Assembly (NCBI RefSeq): GCF_025526975.1
Contig: NW_026515668.1
Coordinates: 1,426,001 to 1,490,000, forward strand
From: Fimicolochytrium jonesii
Taxonomy: Eukaryota
Direction: 5' to 3'
DNA length: 64,000 nt
Numbering within the stretch: position 1 is the stretch's first letter; each line of letters starts with the position of its first letter. The position numbers were made by a program, and so were the translations under genes. The notes below the pieces were generated by a model. The model searched no databases. It was not told the origin of the DNA and was given only the letters and a program-made list of their open reading frames with translations. This document shows positions 1 through 12,888 of the stretch, in pieces.

Positions 1-1350
1 ATGCATCACGAACACCCGTAACTGTATTCCTTTATATTTAACTGCAGGGACGATTTCGGGAACGTGCATACATTCGAAGCGAGGGGGATAAATCAGAGGC
101 AAGATGCGAAGGCGGCAAAAACCGGAAGCCATCCTCCTTGGGAGGTTTCCACCTATTATCACTTCTACCAATCATAGTTCACGTTTAACCGCGATCGTCA
201 ATGTCGCTTTGGCTTGCCAGCGTCATTGATGCCTGACGAAGCATGTTTCCTCAGTATGATCGTCCCTCCAAAAACACGCATTCCTCTTGAACTTGAAGCC
301 AATCCCCACGCCAAGTCCTGTGTCTGTGTTGCGGAACTCTGCCGGAGTGCATGACTGAGATTGGATGTCAATTGATGAATATCCCTGGGACTGGTCGGTG
401 AAAAATATACCGCATGGAAGGCTAGGGGTTCGCAGGGAAACAATGGGGAGGATCGACGTGGGTGGCTTATGATAGTTTCCAGTTGGCAATTCATCCGGGC
501 ACCGAGTTGGAGGATCGTTCGTCAGCCGGTGCTGTTGATCATTTAGTCGCGAAGGTGCCACGTGACGGGGGTGTTTTTCCGAGACCCAAGATTAGCGGGA
601 GGATCGGCAGTGCGATCGCATCCGGCTCTGTGGATCTGGCTCCTCAATGACCCGCTGTCGCCCTGGATTTCTCATTCAGGCCACAACAAGCAGGGCGCTG
701 GATCTGGAGAAGGGGAGACCCCAAATCGCAGCCATCCGCACCGTCCTCTGTCGCCCGACTTCCCAACTTCGCTGAAAAACTTATATAACCTCAACACAGG
801 CAATCTCTTGTCCTGCACGAACGGATTTCATCGCACTGTGCTCCCACGAGAAACGCATAGTCTACAAGGTACGAGTTGCACTGTGCAGACACTGGTATCC
901 CATATCTGGCGAGTGGCTTTGCTACGCTCTCGTATTTTGGCTGTCGGTTGGAAGCTGACGGTCGCCCGTTTTCCGTTTGTGGCTCGCAGTGTTCCTATAC
1001 CTCCGAGCAGACGAAAAGAATAATCGCAGAGAACATCCCTTCTCAGCGAAAGAGCTAGTATCAGCAAAACTTTCACCTCTGTGTCAACGTTCCAGGCACT
1101 GGTTCTGAATCATTTGACGCCGTTTGGGCATCATTGGACAACACACCGTTCAGCGAGCACGTAACCCACGAAAACCCATGACGACGTTGGCCACTCTGAT
1201 AGCCGTCAACCGCCAAGCTCCCGATTGAAAGGGACCTGACTTTCGTCTCTCTTCCACCGACCTTCAGCATCTTTGGTGCATCGAAAGGTCGTCTACATTT
1301 ACGGTCTCTCCCTTTCGGCAGCACCCTCGTTGGGCTGCGAACTCTCTTTG

Positions 1351-3400
1351 ATGAGTCCAACTACCCTACGTCCGTCGCTAGCAAATGTCCTTCATCAGCG
1401 CAACGTTACGCCCGAGCTCCATGGCGAGCTTTCGTCCTCCAAAAGACCTCTTCCTGTTTCGGAAGGCTCGCCGGTGTGTATTCTCCTACCACTTCGAATG
1501 GGATCATCGGCGGTCCCATACTAAGTCTTTCCATTATTCTTTTGATCCTAGATCGTGGCTCCAATAACGTCCGCCATCAGTCCTCAACCAGGCAATCACG
1601 GCGACAAGCTCGATAGTGTTCAAGACATTCTGCGCAACGTCTCTGGTCCCATGTCCCCCATGGGATTGAAGCCTTCGGCGGCGCCGGGTCATCTGGCCGA
1701 AGCGCCAGCTGGCCCTGGTCCTCCGGTTCTTCTTCATCCGACGGCATACTCTGCTCACTTTCCAGCGTATTCTCAATTGCCCGGTCCTATGGTGCACCGA
1801 CGCTCTGAGCCAATCTTGCCGACGGTGCAGCGCCCCGAATACCATGCTCACCATCATCCAAACCATCCTCAAAACCATCCTCAAAACCATGGTCGATATC
1901 CGGGTCAGCTACCGGCTCAGGTTCACCATCATCCTCACTCGTATCCTCAATACCCGCCGCCCCAGAACGGGTTCCATGGACCTCCAACATCCACACCTTC
2001 ATCGGGTATGAGGAGCCATGAGCCTCCTATCATGTAAGTCCAGATTTCGCTTCTTTCCGACATGTCTTCCAATTGTCGTGACCAACAGCGGAACGATTCA
2101 TCACCCATATAGCACCCCTCCATATGTGAATACAAACCACCCGCCTCGCGCTGTGGAGAACTATTCACCCTACCCGGCGCCTCCCTACCAATCCCCCCAG
2201 GCCCCCGCACAACACGGATATCCCGCGCACGCCGTTACCCCACTCAACAACCCCCCACCACCTTACTACCATCACCCTCATCCCCCATGTTCGTGCGCGA
2301 ACCATCCTCAAGGGGGTCGTCAAGACTATCCTTTCCCTCAGACGCGCGCAGGTGAAGGTGGCCATCAATGCGCCGTAACGGATCACGATCAGAAGATGCA
2401 TGGATATTACCCTCGTCATCCTGCCCCTCATCACCCACCGGCTCATCACGCCCCTCCCCAGTACCCACCTTCTGGGACGCCAGGCGTCTGGAGTGATCCG
2501 GCGAGCGGGCCCGTTTGTCCGCCCCAAAATGGCAGCGAAAGTCAACTCCCTTCTTCACACACTTACCATCACCACCATCATCACCACCATCACACGCCAT
2601 ACTCTCGCGATGCGCCGGGTGCTGGGCACTCTCAGCCGATGAATCCCAACATTGTACCGAATGGTGGGACTCCGTACCATACGGACCGGATTGGACCTGC
2701 ACTTACCGCCATAAGACCCTACCCCAAGCATCACCCATACTCTGACCCCCACTTTGGCGCGCAGAACCATCCATACGGCCATCCTCAACATCCGTATGAT
2801 CATCAACCCAGCTGGGCTCAAGGTGGCTACCCGCGACCTCCTTACGCGTCAGGACCACTACCCACCGGTTCTATGGCTGCATCGCATATGTCAACCGCTA
2901 GCGTGCCAGTTGGAGGGATGGGGCATTATCCATCGCAAACAGTCACTCCCCCTACTTCGGTGATCGGTCATCACTATCTCACCGGACGTTCAGAGCCCAC
3001 TACATCCTCAAGCGGTTCCGGCAGCCGGGGCGGTTCCAACGCTTCCAACACCCGAGGTGGTTGCGGATCCAACAGCAACCCATCCCGCTCGCCGCAGAAG
3101 GACATCAAATCCGCTGACATCAAGTCGCTCACTCCCACAAGCGATGCATGGCAGCAGCAGACAAAAGGCGCCGGCCAGAAGCGCTACATTTGCACCGAGT
3201 GCCCGAAACGGTTCACCCGCCCGTCGTCGTTGAAGACGCATTTGAACTCGCATACGGGGCAAAAGCCGTTCTTGTGCCATTGCGGGCGCAGCTTCAGTGT
3301 GTTAAGCAATCTCAGGCGGCACGAGCGGAACGGCTGTTGTGGGGCGAAGGCGACCGGCGGGTCTCGAGCGTCAGTGTCAGCATCAGCGTCAGCGTCTTAG
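1351..3400 (+). CDS. C2H2 zinc-finger transcription factor, FlbC/Nrg1-like, with long His/Pro-rich N-terminal region
   Basis: C-terminal YICTECPKRFTRPSSLKTHLNSHTGQKPFLCHCGRSFSVLSNLRRH closely matches fungal FlbC-type fingers. ORFs 1555..2037 and 2018..3400 join in frame through a GT-AG intron at 2034..2088. A probable first exon from ATG 1351 joins through intron 1474..1551; the start is less certain. Confidence 0.85.
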
Positions 3401-3900
3401 GTTGGGAATCCCGAACCACTTTCATCTTTCATCGCGCCTCTCATTTCCCAATGGGCGAGTGTCCCATTTTTTCATCCCCCAGTGCGTTTTTGTCCCTTCC
3501 GTTGTTTGGTTTTGCAACCTTACTCATTTGGGAATATATACCTGAGATTTTTGCGGGATCTTTTTCTGCAAAGTATGTTTGTCTTATGCCATCATAATAT
3601 CAAACACTGCGGGTCGTATCCGGGCCCATCGTTTAGGTGAATATACTTAGCTCATTCTTGTGTGGAAGTCATACGAATATGAACGGTCGGCACAGTCTTT
3701 CCTTCAGAGAGTCCTCCTGGAATCGACATGGGCCTGTCCGTCAGAAGAGTTTTATTCTGACGAGTTCGTTCATATGACCACCGATGGAGGGTTCCACACC
3801 GTTCATTAAGACAAGACGCAGGAAATGGGAAGAAGACGGAGCAAAAACGGCGCGCACGCTGTAGGGATGAGATCGGGAAAAAGCAAAAAAATAAAGGTAG

Positions 3901-3973
3901 CACCCACGGGGAGACTCGAACTCCCAATCCCTGCCTTAGGAGGGCAATGCCTTATCCATTAGGCCACGCGGGC
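3901..3973 (-). tRNA. tRNA-Arg(CCT), intronless
   Basis: Reverse complement GCCCGCGTGGCCTAATGGATAAGGCATTGCCCTCCTAAGGCAGGGATTGGGAGTTCGAGTCTCCCCGTGGGTG folds as a cloverleaf, with anticodon loop CT-CCT-AA and T-loop GTTCGAG. A T-run (Pol III terminator) lies just downstream. Confidence 0.96.
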
Positions 3974-4092
3974 GTTTCATATTCGCCACAGCATAAAAAA
4001 AATCGTAAACTGAACATATCCCACCCTGCGCAAGGCAAAATGTAAACATAAAATGTTTACCTCCACTACGACAGCAAAAAATAAATGCTCAG

Positions 4093-4184
4093 TGATATCT
4101 GGCATTGCGAAAGGAAAAACTTCAATACAAGTGTGTGCACCCTTGATATCTGACATTGCGAAAGTAAAAACTTGAATATAAATG
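4093..4184. repeat. Diverged tandem duplication, period 51 bp
   Basis: tgatatctggcattgcgaaaggaaaaacttcaatacaagtg (4093-4133) versus tgatatctgacattgcgaaagtaaaaacttgaatataaatg (4144-4184): 5 mismatches in 41 nt. Confidence 0.85.
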
Positions 4185-5665
4185 GATCAGCAGCGACTGC
4201 CCCCGCAGTGCTGATTCGCTGCATTGAGATCAGACACAAAGTCAACACCCGTCGCAGCGCCAAACATGAACTCCAAGCACGCATCCGACGCCACATCAGT
4301 CCACATCCGAGGGGATAGCATTCCTTGACAGGGGTAGGCAGATGGGAGGCCGATGCTTTTTCCCTCTTCCAGTTCAAAGAATGCAGGTATTTTTTGACAG
4401 ACGGACTTATCGGAGCAAACGGAAGGCGCATGCGTGAAGCTCCCACGTGGCAGGGTGAACGGATGAACAACTGCTGCCACATTGCGCTTCGCCTGCGCCC
4501 ACAGGCGAAAAGGACGACGCCCCTGCAGGTCGAAAAGATGCAAGCGCAAATGCAAGATCGTTCCTTTCGAGACCGGGTTTTCTTCACATCCAAGTGCCTT
4601 CAAACAAGGCCACCTAGGCAGCTAGTCTCCCGGCGCACGTAAAACCTTAGGATAGTCAATGATATAGCCTTCTCGAGAGCGGAGTCATAATGAATAGCTA
4701 TGCTACTTTACAATATTCCCTCAACTCCCTTAAACTCCGAACATTCAGATCACCGACGGATGTATGTATGCTGGTCGGTTGTCAGAAGTTAGAATCCCAG
4801 CCTGTTGATGTATTCCGTGACGCGCACGCTCCCCGCGAAAGATTGACGGGGTTCGACAGCGCGCAAACAAACTCATAAAGCTCTTCTGGAACTGAGAGCC
4901 CTTCCAATCTAAATATAGCGACATTCTGCTGCTTACGTTGGTGGTTTGTCCGTTTGTCCACTATACGAGCTCAGTTTATGCCAGCCCTGGCAGACGGCGA
5001 AAAACTCCCCGGCAGCGGACGAGTGGTCAAAACCAAAAAGGCGCTTTGTCGAAACCTTCCTTGTTTCCGTTACCTCAGACTTGACTTTTATGGATCCTTT
5101 TCTGTTAATCAAACACAAATCATCGCTCGTCAGAACGGTTGCAGCTTTCGAAAGGTTTCATTGACCGGTGCTGTTGCAGCCGCCTGCTGCCCGAAACTGT
5201 ATCTTTGTCGTACGGGTGCAGAACTTTGTCGGTAAGTGACCGGTGCGCCTAAGGTCAGCTCGGGAATTCACGTACCATAGCGGCTAATAAATACCGCTCT
5301 AGGTGATCTGCAGCTCGAACGCGGGACCAGTTCAAGTCTTCATCAAACTTCGGTACGCTGTGCGACGGCCGCCGGTTACAGAGGTAAGACGCGAGGGTGT
5401 CGACAAGGCACGGCCGGAAGCAGGAGCTAGATGTTGGAGGACTGGAAGTGCAGCATGCTGGGTTCTGTCAATAATGCATGCATCCGTATCCCAGCCCAAC
5501 AAGGGAGCGGATTTCTGACATTCAACTTTCCAAAACAGACAGGGCTGCTACTCGAACTCGGAAAGATAACGACATTCCTTTATTTTCTCGAACCAAGGAA
5601 CGTTGGCATCTATTACCAACGTAGAAGGCAACGAGAAGGAGCAGCCACGCTGATAAAGAGTCGGG

Positions 5666-7111
5666 ATGTCCGTAAATGTCGGAAACTCGGAGTTCAGGCC
5701 ATTGCCTACCAATCCCACGGCAAAAATCACCGGCGTGCACGAGAGTTTGTTGCAAGAATGCGAGAAGGATATAATATGGTACCGCGATAATTTCTTTGGA
5801 AAAGGTACAACGATTTCATGCCGTCGAACGGCTGATAGCATACACTATCGTATACTAATCACATCGATTCCGTGTTCTCTCGTGATCGGAACGTTCAGTT
5901 CACCAAAATTACCTCGCCTTGGATTCACCCCGAGGGCCACTTGCCATCTCAGTGATCCGTGACGCGGATGCATACAAAGCGTTGCTTCGGACGACCGCTG
6001 GTAGCGAGCGTTTAAGCGTGAGCGCTTCCTCCATCCCGACCTCGCTGGTCCGTCGCGTGTTTGGGTTGGGTCCATCGATGGAATCACTAATGGAGGGTAT
6101 CTCGCGGAATATCCCGACGAAAAGCCTGAAGATGTGCAAAGATGCGACCTTGCCAAACGAGTTGCTGTCGATGGAGGAGCGACAAGTGATACGGAGCTAC
6201 AAGTTTGGGGTCGCCTATGTTGGCCCTGGGCAAGGAAGCGAGGAGGAAATGTTCAAGAATAGACATGGTAGGAGTTGTGAATCCTGGCGTCCGATGCAGA
6301 TTCTTCACCTTCCGGGCTCACCGTTCGCCCTTTTTCAGAGGATACGTCACCTGCATTCAAACAATTTCTGAACTTCCTTGGAGAAACGATCGAGCTGCGA
6401 GGATGGAAAGGCTACCGAGCAGGATTAGACACTTCGGGATCGAACTTGACAGGGACACACAGCGTCTACACGAAATGGCAAGGATACGAGATCATGTTCC
6501 ATGTATCGACACTTCTTCCATTCATCGAAGGCGATCGTCAGCAATTGGAGCGCAAGCGACACATCGGAAACGACATTGTCGTCATAGTGTTCCAGGATGG
6601 AGACGTTCCTTTTCAACTCAGCAGCATCACATCGCATCAAAATCATGTCATTTCTGTCGTGAGGCCGGATGGCGACGGATATCGCGCGATCGTGGCCCCA
6701 AAGTCGGGTGTCCCGAGCTTTACGCCGGATCTGCCAGAACCATCCGTTTTCGGTCAAGATGCGGTATCGCGAGACTTCTTTTTGCACAAATGTAGGTTGC
6801 GTTGAAGGTTTGAGCTGGATCAGGAGGGCTTTATGGAAACGCGGCAAAGATTGGATGAAGGGTTTCCAACGAAGGAGATGCCGCACATACATTGTGCTCG
6901 CTTGGAAGGGGCTTCGAATCGCCCGCACTTTCCCATTATCAGACGTCCTTCTCGAATCGGTATCAATCAATCTGAGATCTTCTTCACTTCCATCCCTTCT
7001 ACAGTGGTCAACGGCGAACGAGCATCATACAAAGCGCCCTCATTTGCGCCAAAAATCTCGCGAACACGGTCTGTGTTGCTGTATGAAGTGGCATCAAAGT
7101 TCCTCAAGTAG
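5666..7111 (+). CDS. Rap/Ran-GAP domain protein (Rap1GAP-like)
   Basis: Motifs YKFGVAY, FLNFLG..IELRGWKGYRAGLD, EIMFHVSTLLP, QQLERKRHIGNDIVVIVFQD and LVNGERA. In-frame GT-AG introns at 5805..5898, 6268..6338 and 6792..7004. Confidence 0.93.
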
Positions 7112-7540
7112 TTCGTCTAGTCATGGAGAAGCTGGAAGGCATGACACGGAGAAAACTCGTTGCTGCGAAGGTCGCACTCTCGCCTTTCGACTTGTCGATA
7201 CCCGACTCAAACTGACCGATAGCGTTGCTTAAACCTGTGCGTCCCCATAAACCGCACGATCATCCCTTACTTATAATCCTCTTAGTGCTCCTGATTGATG
7301 GCCAGTCCCAATGTATACCGCCGTGCTACCACATCGCTTGACATATTTCCCACAATAAACTTGGAATATATCTACGTGTCGTATCGTCCCCACATGCCTT
7401 CTTTATCCTACTGTCCAGAGAGACAATGACGGTAGAAAAAGTTTACGCAAAAACGCAAAACGTTGAAATGTTCGATGCTCCCATCACAGCGCTCCACGCC
7501 CCTCTTGCACGCTCCCACCACACCACAGAACCTAGCCGCC

Positions 7541-8128
7541 TCACTCCCCCTTCTCGTCCTCCTCATCCCCCCCGCCCTCCCTAATAATCGGCTTCCCATC
7601 CAACTTCTTCAACTGCGGAAACCTCTTCGTCATCTCAGCAACCCACACATTCTCCCCCGTGGCCTTCTCCTCCACGGGATTCCCCACAAACAGCACCTCG
7701 ACACAATGCGCCAACCCGCCCAACGGCTGCAACCCACTCCAATCCTTGATCTTATTGTTGCTCGCATACAGCACCTTGAGCTTCTTACAGCACTCGATCC
7801 CATTCAGCCGCTCGATCTGGTTATAGCTGATCCAGAGCTCCTCCAACGTATCGGCAACGGCGTCGAGGCCCTCGATCTTCTTGATGTTGTTGCGGCCGAG
7901 GGAGAGGATCTTGAGGGAGGCGAGGCCGTTCAGCGAGGAGATCTTGTCGATCTGGTTGGTTGACAGGGCGAGGTGCTCGCATTTGGTGAGCTGTGCGAGG
8001 GAGGCGTCCATCTTGGTTAGGAAGGGTTGGGAGGAGATGAGCTTGATCTTGGGACTGTCGGCCGCGACGAGACCGGTTTTTTCTTCCCAGGCCTTTATCG
8101 CGTCTTTGAGCGTGAAGCCTTTGGACAT
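7541..8128 (-). CDS. DNAL1: Dynein axonemal light chain 1 (outer-arm LC1, LRR protein)
   Basis: Intronless 195 aa; KMDASL..L..CEHLALSTNQIDKISSLNGL.SLKILSLGRNNIKKIEGLDAVADTLEELWISYN is the characteristic LC1/DNAL1 sequence. Confidence 0.95.
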   Translation of the reverse strand: MSKGFTLKDAIKAWEEKTGLVAADSPKIKLISSQPFLTKMDASLAQLTKCEHLALSTNQIDKISSLNGLASLKILSLGRNNIKKIEGLDAVADTLEELWISYNQIERLNGIECCKKLKVLYASNNKIKDWSGLQPLGGLAHCVEVLFVGNPVEEKATGENVWVAEMTKRFPQLKKLDGKPIIREGGGDEEDEKGE

Positions 8129-8657
8129 GATTGAGGGGTGTCGTGCGGGGTGAGATGCGGGGGGTGCCTGGGCAGTAGCCGGTTCGGTGTCGGATCTCTA
8201 GGTTCCGCACTCTGCGAAGTGTGACGACTGAAAAAGGCGGGTTGGGAGTAGATATGGAGCGACCGGTCTCTCTCACGCCCTTGGGGTTTGATGATAGCTG
8301 ATCCGGAGTGGGTCACAGATGTATGTATGTAGTCCTGCTCTTTTTTGGCCCCTGGTTTATTTGCAGCTGTTCCTCTGAGGTGAGCAGTGAACAGCACGGT
8401 TTGAACTTTTCGAGAATCGGCTACGCGTCAGCTACGCGTAATATTGTTCCGTCTCTGCGTGTCGCGCCGCGGTTGATGACTCTATATACTGTATATACTG
8501 TACGTAGTCTAGGCCCATATGTTTTCCACGTCGCATGTCCACTTGTTCGGGGGGCATTCTGACTGAGTGGTGGAGAGGCATACTGTTATCGGTAGCCACG
8601 TTCTTCGTAAGTCTCCGAGGTTCCAAGTGAACTGTACAATCGGTAGCTACCAGCACA

Positions 8658-9856
8658 ATGCCCATCCGAACAGGTAAAACCCTTCATCATATGCCGTTCC
8701 CGATCGTCCCTGGTCGTTTCACTAATCACATCTTGGCAGCAATAATCGGCGGTGGCCTCTCCGCGCGGGTGTTTCACGCTCCGTTTGTGTCATTCAATCC
8801 TCGGTTCAAGTTGACGTGCTTCGTCAGGACGAAACAAGAAGTTGTTGATGGGTTCGAATCGATCCCTGTGGAGACCTCGATAGAGAATGTCTTGCAAAGA
8901 CAGGACATAGATGCAGTCATCATCACCTCCCCTACGAGTCTGCACTATGACCACGTGGCGTCGGCTCTGAATGCCGGAAAGCACGTGGTTGTTGAGAAAC
9001 CCTTTGCCCCCACTAGTCGGGAGGCCGAGACTCTCGTGGCCTTGGCCGAGGATAAAGGCTTGGTCCTTGCGGTGTATCAGAATCGGCGCTGGGATGGAGA
9101 CTTCTTAACCGTCTCGAAACTAATCTCTGAGGCCGGAGGACTTGGCCGGGTGGTGGAATTGGAAAGCAGATTCGAGCGTTATCGTTACTCCGTAAGAAAA
9201 GGAGCTTGGCGGGAGATGGACTTACCTGGCAGCGGCCTCCTTTACGACTTAGGTGCGCCTGGCCTTTTGTCGAAGCATGCTCATTGTCCCAACCACATTT
9301 CTAACCGTGCTATCGTCTTGTTATAGGATCACACCTGATCGACCAGGCTTTTACTCTGTTTGGCCAGCCGCATTCCATTACCGCCTTCGTGCAAAACCTT
9401 CGACAACTGTCTGCGCCCACGGATGATGCATTCACAATCAACCTTCACTACACAACTCCCCATCCCAAGTTAGTCACTTTGAAAGCGACAATGCTGGCTA
9501 AACGGCCGGGAACGAGGTTTACAGTTCATTTCACGGGTGGTTCCTATGTCAAGTACGGTCTGGATCCGCAGGAGGAGCAGTCCCGAGCTGGTCTTTCCGT
9601 CATGGATCCGAAATTCGGCGTGGAGTCGCCGGAAAAGTACGGCACTCTTTGGAGAGCAGATGATTCTGGTGACGGGGGACAGGCGGTTCCCACATTGAGA
9701 GGAACATACGGAGCGTTCTATGAAAACGTGGCCGATGCGATTGAGGGAGGTGGAAGTGCGGCGTTAAAAGTTCAACCAAAGGAGGCAGCCAATGTGATCC
9801 GCTTGATTGAGATTGCCATTAGGAGTTCGAAGGAAGGAAGAACAATCGTAGTTTGA
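8658..9856 (+). CDS. Gfo/Idh/MocA family oxidoreductase (YdgJ/IolW-like)
   Basis: Rossmann start AIIGGGLSARVFHAP, AGKHVVVEKPF, VYQNRRWDGDF and YDLGSHLIDQA. Introns at 8674..8739 and 9253..9326 restore the frame. Confidence 0.93.
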
Positions 9857-9961
9857 ACTTCTCGATAGCCTTGCTAGGCTATCCAATGTACATTTACATC
9901 ACTGTTTTCAGAAAATACAAGGAAAGGGTTCAAAGCCTAATACGTAAATGGACGGTAATGG

Positions 9962-12382
9962 TCATATCTGTTGAATCCCCATGAGACGATTCAGCGTTTC
10001 CATCATCTGCCCCGCCTCCGCGTCTTCCTTTTGCCGCGTCGCTTGCGCCTTCGCTACCTCCGCCATCATCACCTGGTGCTCGCGGATCAAATCATGCATC
10101 TTAACGGTGCCGGTTCGCTCGACGTTGGCGCCATCATACTGCGCGAAAGACGCGGATGAAAGTGGGGTGTTGCTGCGACGTACAGATCGAGGTATGGACC
10201 CTCGCGCGGGATGCATGCTGCCCGTAGCATAGTTTTCTCCGATTTTTGCGTTGCTGCTGGCCGGCCTTGCTAGGGCGGAATGCAAATGCCTGGTATTCTT
10301 CCGTCGGCCATGAGGATGTACTCCTATTTCGGTAGGCCCTGAAGGGTCGTCACTCCGCTCAGACAGTGGTTGCATGTGATTTTCTTGATCGCCATCTGCT
10401 TTGAAGTCCCCCATGTCGGTTTCTGCAAGAGAAAATGGTTCCATACCCGCGTCAGGGTCGGTTTGTGCAAGTGTGCCGGTAGATCGTCCGCGAAGCGTGT
10501 TCTTCCTACTTCGATGAAGCTGCTGTTGACTTTGTGGATGCACATGGGATAGTGGCGGCGTGCCCACATCTTGCGTGTGAAGGGCAGGAACCGACCTCGT
10601 TCGACCTCGTGAAAGAGGTTTGCTGCGGGGATACGGAGTTGCGCGATTCGAGGATGATGCGGGCGGAGTTCCGCTCATGACCGGGTACGGTGCCGAGACA
10701 CCGGGGTAAGGCGAAGAGTGCCGATGGCGTAAAAAATGCGCTGGAGCTGAGAGCATACCCCCAGGCATCTTTAATGACGAGGGAGGTTCGATGGATAGTT
10801 GTGGAAGGAACGTCGCATGACATTGCCCTTGCGAGAATGGGACTATGGTTCGTGGCTGCTGAGGAGTTGGGGTGAAGACCGAAGCGCTACGCGGGATACT
10901 GCTAGAATCAGGACCGTATCCGTATGCAGTATGAGCAAAGTCTCCACCGTGAGGCGAGTCCATCGGCATAGGATGCGAAAGCAGGAAGCCCGTCGCATCC
11001 ATAACACTTTGACCCGCGTAGACTGGCGTTGGGGCAATGATGTGTGAGCTACTGGTCGCTTTCGGGTAAGCCTCGGCGGTAGGATGTCTGTCCTCCAAAC
11101 CGCCGTGGTAGAAAATCGGATCCGGATGCTGCGACATTTCAGGAAACTCGGACATGCTCGGATGCCCAGCATCCTGCTCGTGGCCAAGCATGCCCAATTC
11201 GTGCTCTGACATGGTCCCTGAGGCAGAAATTCCCCGATCATTCCCCAACATTCCTCCATTCAAATATGGCGCATGATGGTATGCCGGGTGCATGTCGTCG
11301 CGTTGTATACCTCGGCCATGTATCTGATTCGGATCAATGAGAGCGTTCCCATCTGGAGTCTCTCCCCACGTATCTGATCTAGCGGCGAAATCAGCAAATC
11401 GCATCTCCCCATTCGAATGCAATCCGTACGGACTGAGGATAGGTCTATGTTCGTGGAACTGTGCGGGAAAATATGAACCTGACAAGCTCGCATGGGACTG
11501 AATGTCTTCGTCCGTCGGGGAGAGTGACGCGTTGTCAGGCGTAGTTAGGAACATGCCAAGGGGAGGCCCATTCTGCACAACATGTTCAAGCTCGGATCGC
11601 ATCCCATGAGGGTAAAACATAGCGCTTGCTCGATAGGAGCCACTCGCCAAGGACGAAGCTCCATCATCAGAAATTACGCTAGCCGTCGAGCCATAGCCTC
11701 TGTAGCTCGGCGTATAAAGTTGATGCTGTTCGGGAAGGGAAAACCGTTTGTTGCTGAGCAGCTGATTCCAATCCTCCATCGCAAAGCCAATCGTCTCATC
11801 CGTTGACTCGACTGAGCTCATTGAAGACCTCGGATTTGTATATTGGTTGTGCGGGAAATCTACACTGAAATGCGGGTTCTGGCTGTATGGCGGTGTCCCA
11901 TCTACCGCCAGAGCCTCGTTTATGGAGGTGAGGAAGGCACTGTTGGGCATATGGGCAAGCGATGAGGATCTTCGGTGGGATTCACCCTGAGCGGTCCCAT
12001 TTCTTCCTTTGCCGATCGAAACCTTTCGTCCGGAGGCCAAGGCCGGCGCGGAGCCATGGGAAGCACACCTTCGCAACATGCTCTGCGCCGTTTCTTCGAT
12101 CGCGGAGAAACGGCGAGCTAAAGTTTCGAGAGACTCCGTGAGTTGATGCCCGTTAGGAGTATCGGACGACGGAGGAGAAGTGGGTTCAAGGTTACAGAAG
12201 GGCTGGACCTCCTCCGCAACCCAGCCGTCATATCCGGGTGCGAACGGGTTGACGGACGAGTCTTGCAGTGCGTCGGGTGTAGGAAGCCCGTCGCTTGAGA
12301 TACCGAAATTGTCACGACGGGTGTCGCTATCGTCCTTATAGTCGAGATTCAAAAAGTCTCCCATGTTTGGCGACTGCATCAT
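9962..12382 (-). CDS. Hypothetical 806-aa Ser/Pro/His-rich, largely disordered protein with helical C-terminus
   Basis: Uninterrupted 2.4-kb ATG-initiated ORF; no domain recognised. Confidence 0.75.
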   Translation of the reverse strand: MMQSPNMGDFLNLDYKDDSDTRRDNFGISSDGLPTPDALQDSSVNPFAPGYDGWVAEEVQPFCNLEPTSPPSSDTPNGHQLTESLETLARRFSAIEETAQSMLRRCASHGSAPALASGRKVSIGKGRNGTAQGESHRRSSSLAHMPNSAFLTSINEALAVDGTPPYSQNPHFSVDFPHNQYTNPRSSMSSVESTDETIGFAMEDWNQLLSNKRFSLPEQHQLYTPSYRGYGSTASVISDDGASSLASGSYRASAMFYPHGMRSELEHVVQNGPPLGMFLTTPDNASLSPTDEDIQSHASLSGSYFPAQFHEHRPILSPYGLHSNGEMRFADFAARSDTWGETPDGNALIDPNQIHGRGIQRDDMHPAYHHAPYLNGGMLGNDRGISASGTMSEHELGMLGHEQDAGHPSMSEFPEMSQHPDPIFYHGGLEDRHPTAEAYPKATSSSHIIAPTPVYAGQSVMDATGFLLSHPMPMDSPHGGDFAHTAYGYGPDSSSIPRSASVFTPTPQQPRTIVPFSQGQCHATFLPQLSIEPPSSLKMPGGMLSAPAHFLRHRHSSPYPGVSAPYPVMSGTPPASSSNRATPYPRSKPLSRGRTRSVPALHTQDVGTPPLSHVHPQSQQQLHRSRKNTLRGRSTGTLAQTDPDAGMEPFSLAETDMGDFKADGDQENHMQPLSERSDDPSGPTEIGVHPHGRRKNTRHLHSALARPASSNAKIGENYATGSMHPARGSIPRSVRRSNTPLSSASFAQYDGANVERTGTVKMHDLIREHQVMMAEVAKAQATRQKEDAEAGQMMETLNRLMGIQQI

Positions 12383-12888
12383 TTTGTATCGAAATCTTGC
12401 AGAAACAGGTGAGTTCCGCGTTATATGTCTCCTCTGTACAGTTAAGAGGCTGCTTTAGATCGTGCTTGACTCAGTTTGGCGAGAGAATGAGAGAATGGCA
12501 AGTGTAGGTTGAGCAGAAATGTGGTATTACTTTCGTTTGAGGCAGTAAGATGCGAGTTGACGCAGCGGGGCCCAGGTAAGATGTTGCTGATAAGGGGCTT
12601 CGAGGCGTTGCATTTCCAAGGCTGAGGGAAAACACTGCGCCAACCCCGGGGGAACAGCAAGGTTGCGGTTGAAGCAAAGACATTGTCAACAGAGTTATGG
12701 GCGCAAGGATCGGAGACTGATCAACGCGCTGTCGATTTTTGACTCAGCAGTTTCCCATGTTAACTTTGACAGTTTCTTCCATGGAGATGCAGTCGGTTCT
12801 CGAAACCTTAACCATATGCAGTGAAATCGCATATTGCATCTTCTCCCGTCATTGTCTATCTCTATACCACTTCACTGCTCACGACTCG

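Noticed and set aside
4093..4184. CRISPR-like repeats
   Set aside because: Only two imperfect copies with a 10-nt gap, eukaryotic context and no cas genes.
4820..4865. B-box-like GGTTCGAC in a weak hairpin
   Set aside because: No cloverleaf or A-box could be built.
8658..9856. Recent HGT of the Gfo/Idh/MocA gene
   Set aside because: It has two spliceosomal introns, and this family is common in fungi.
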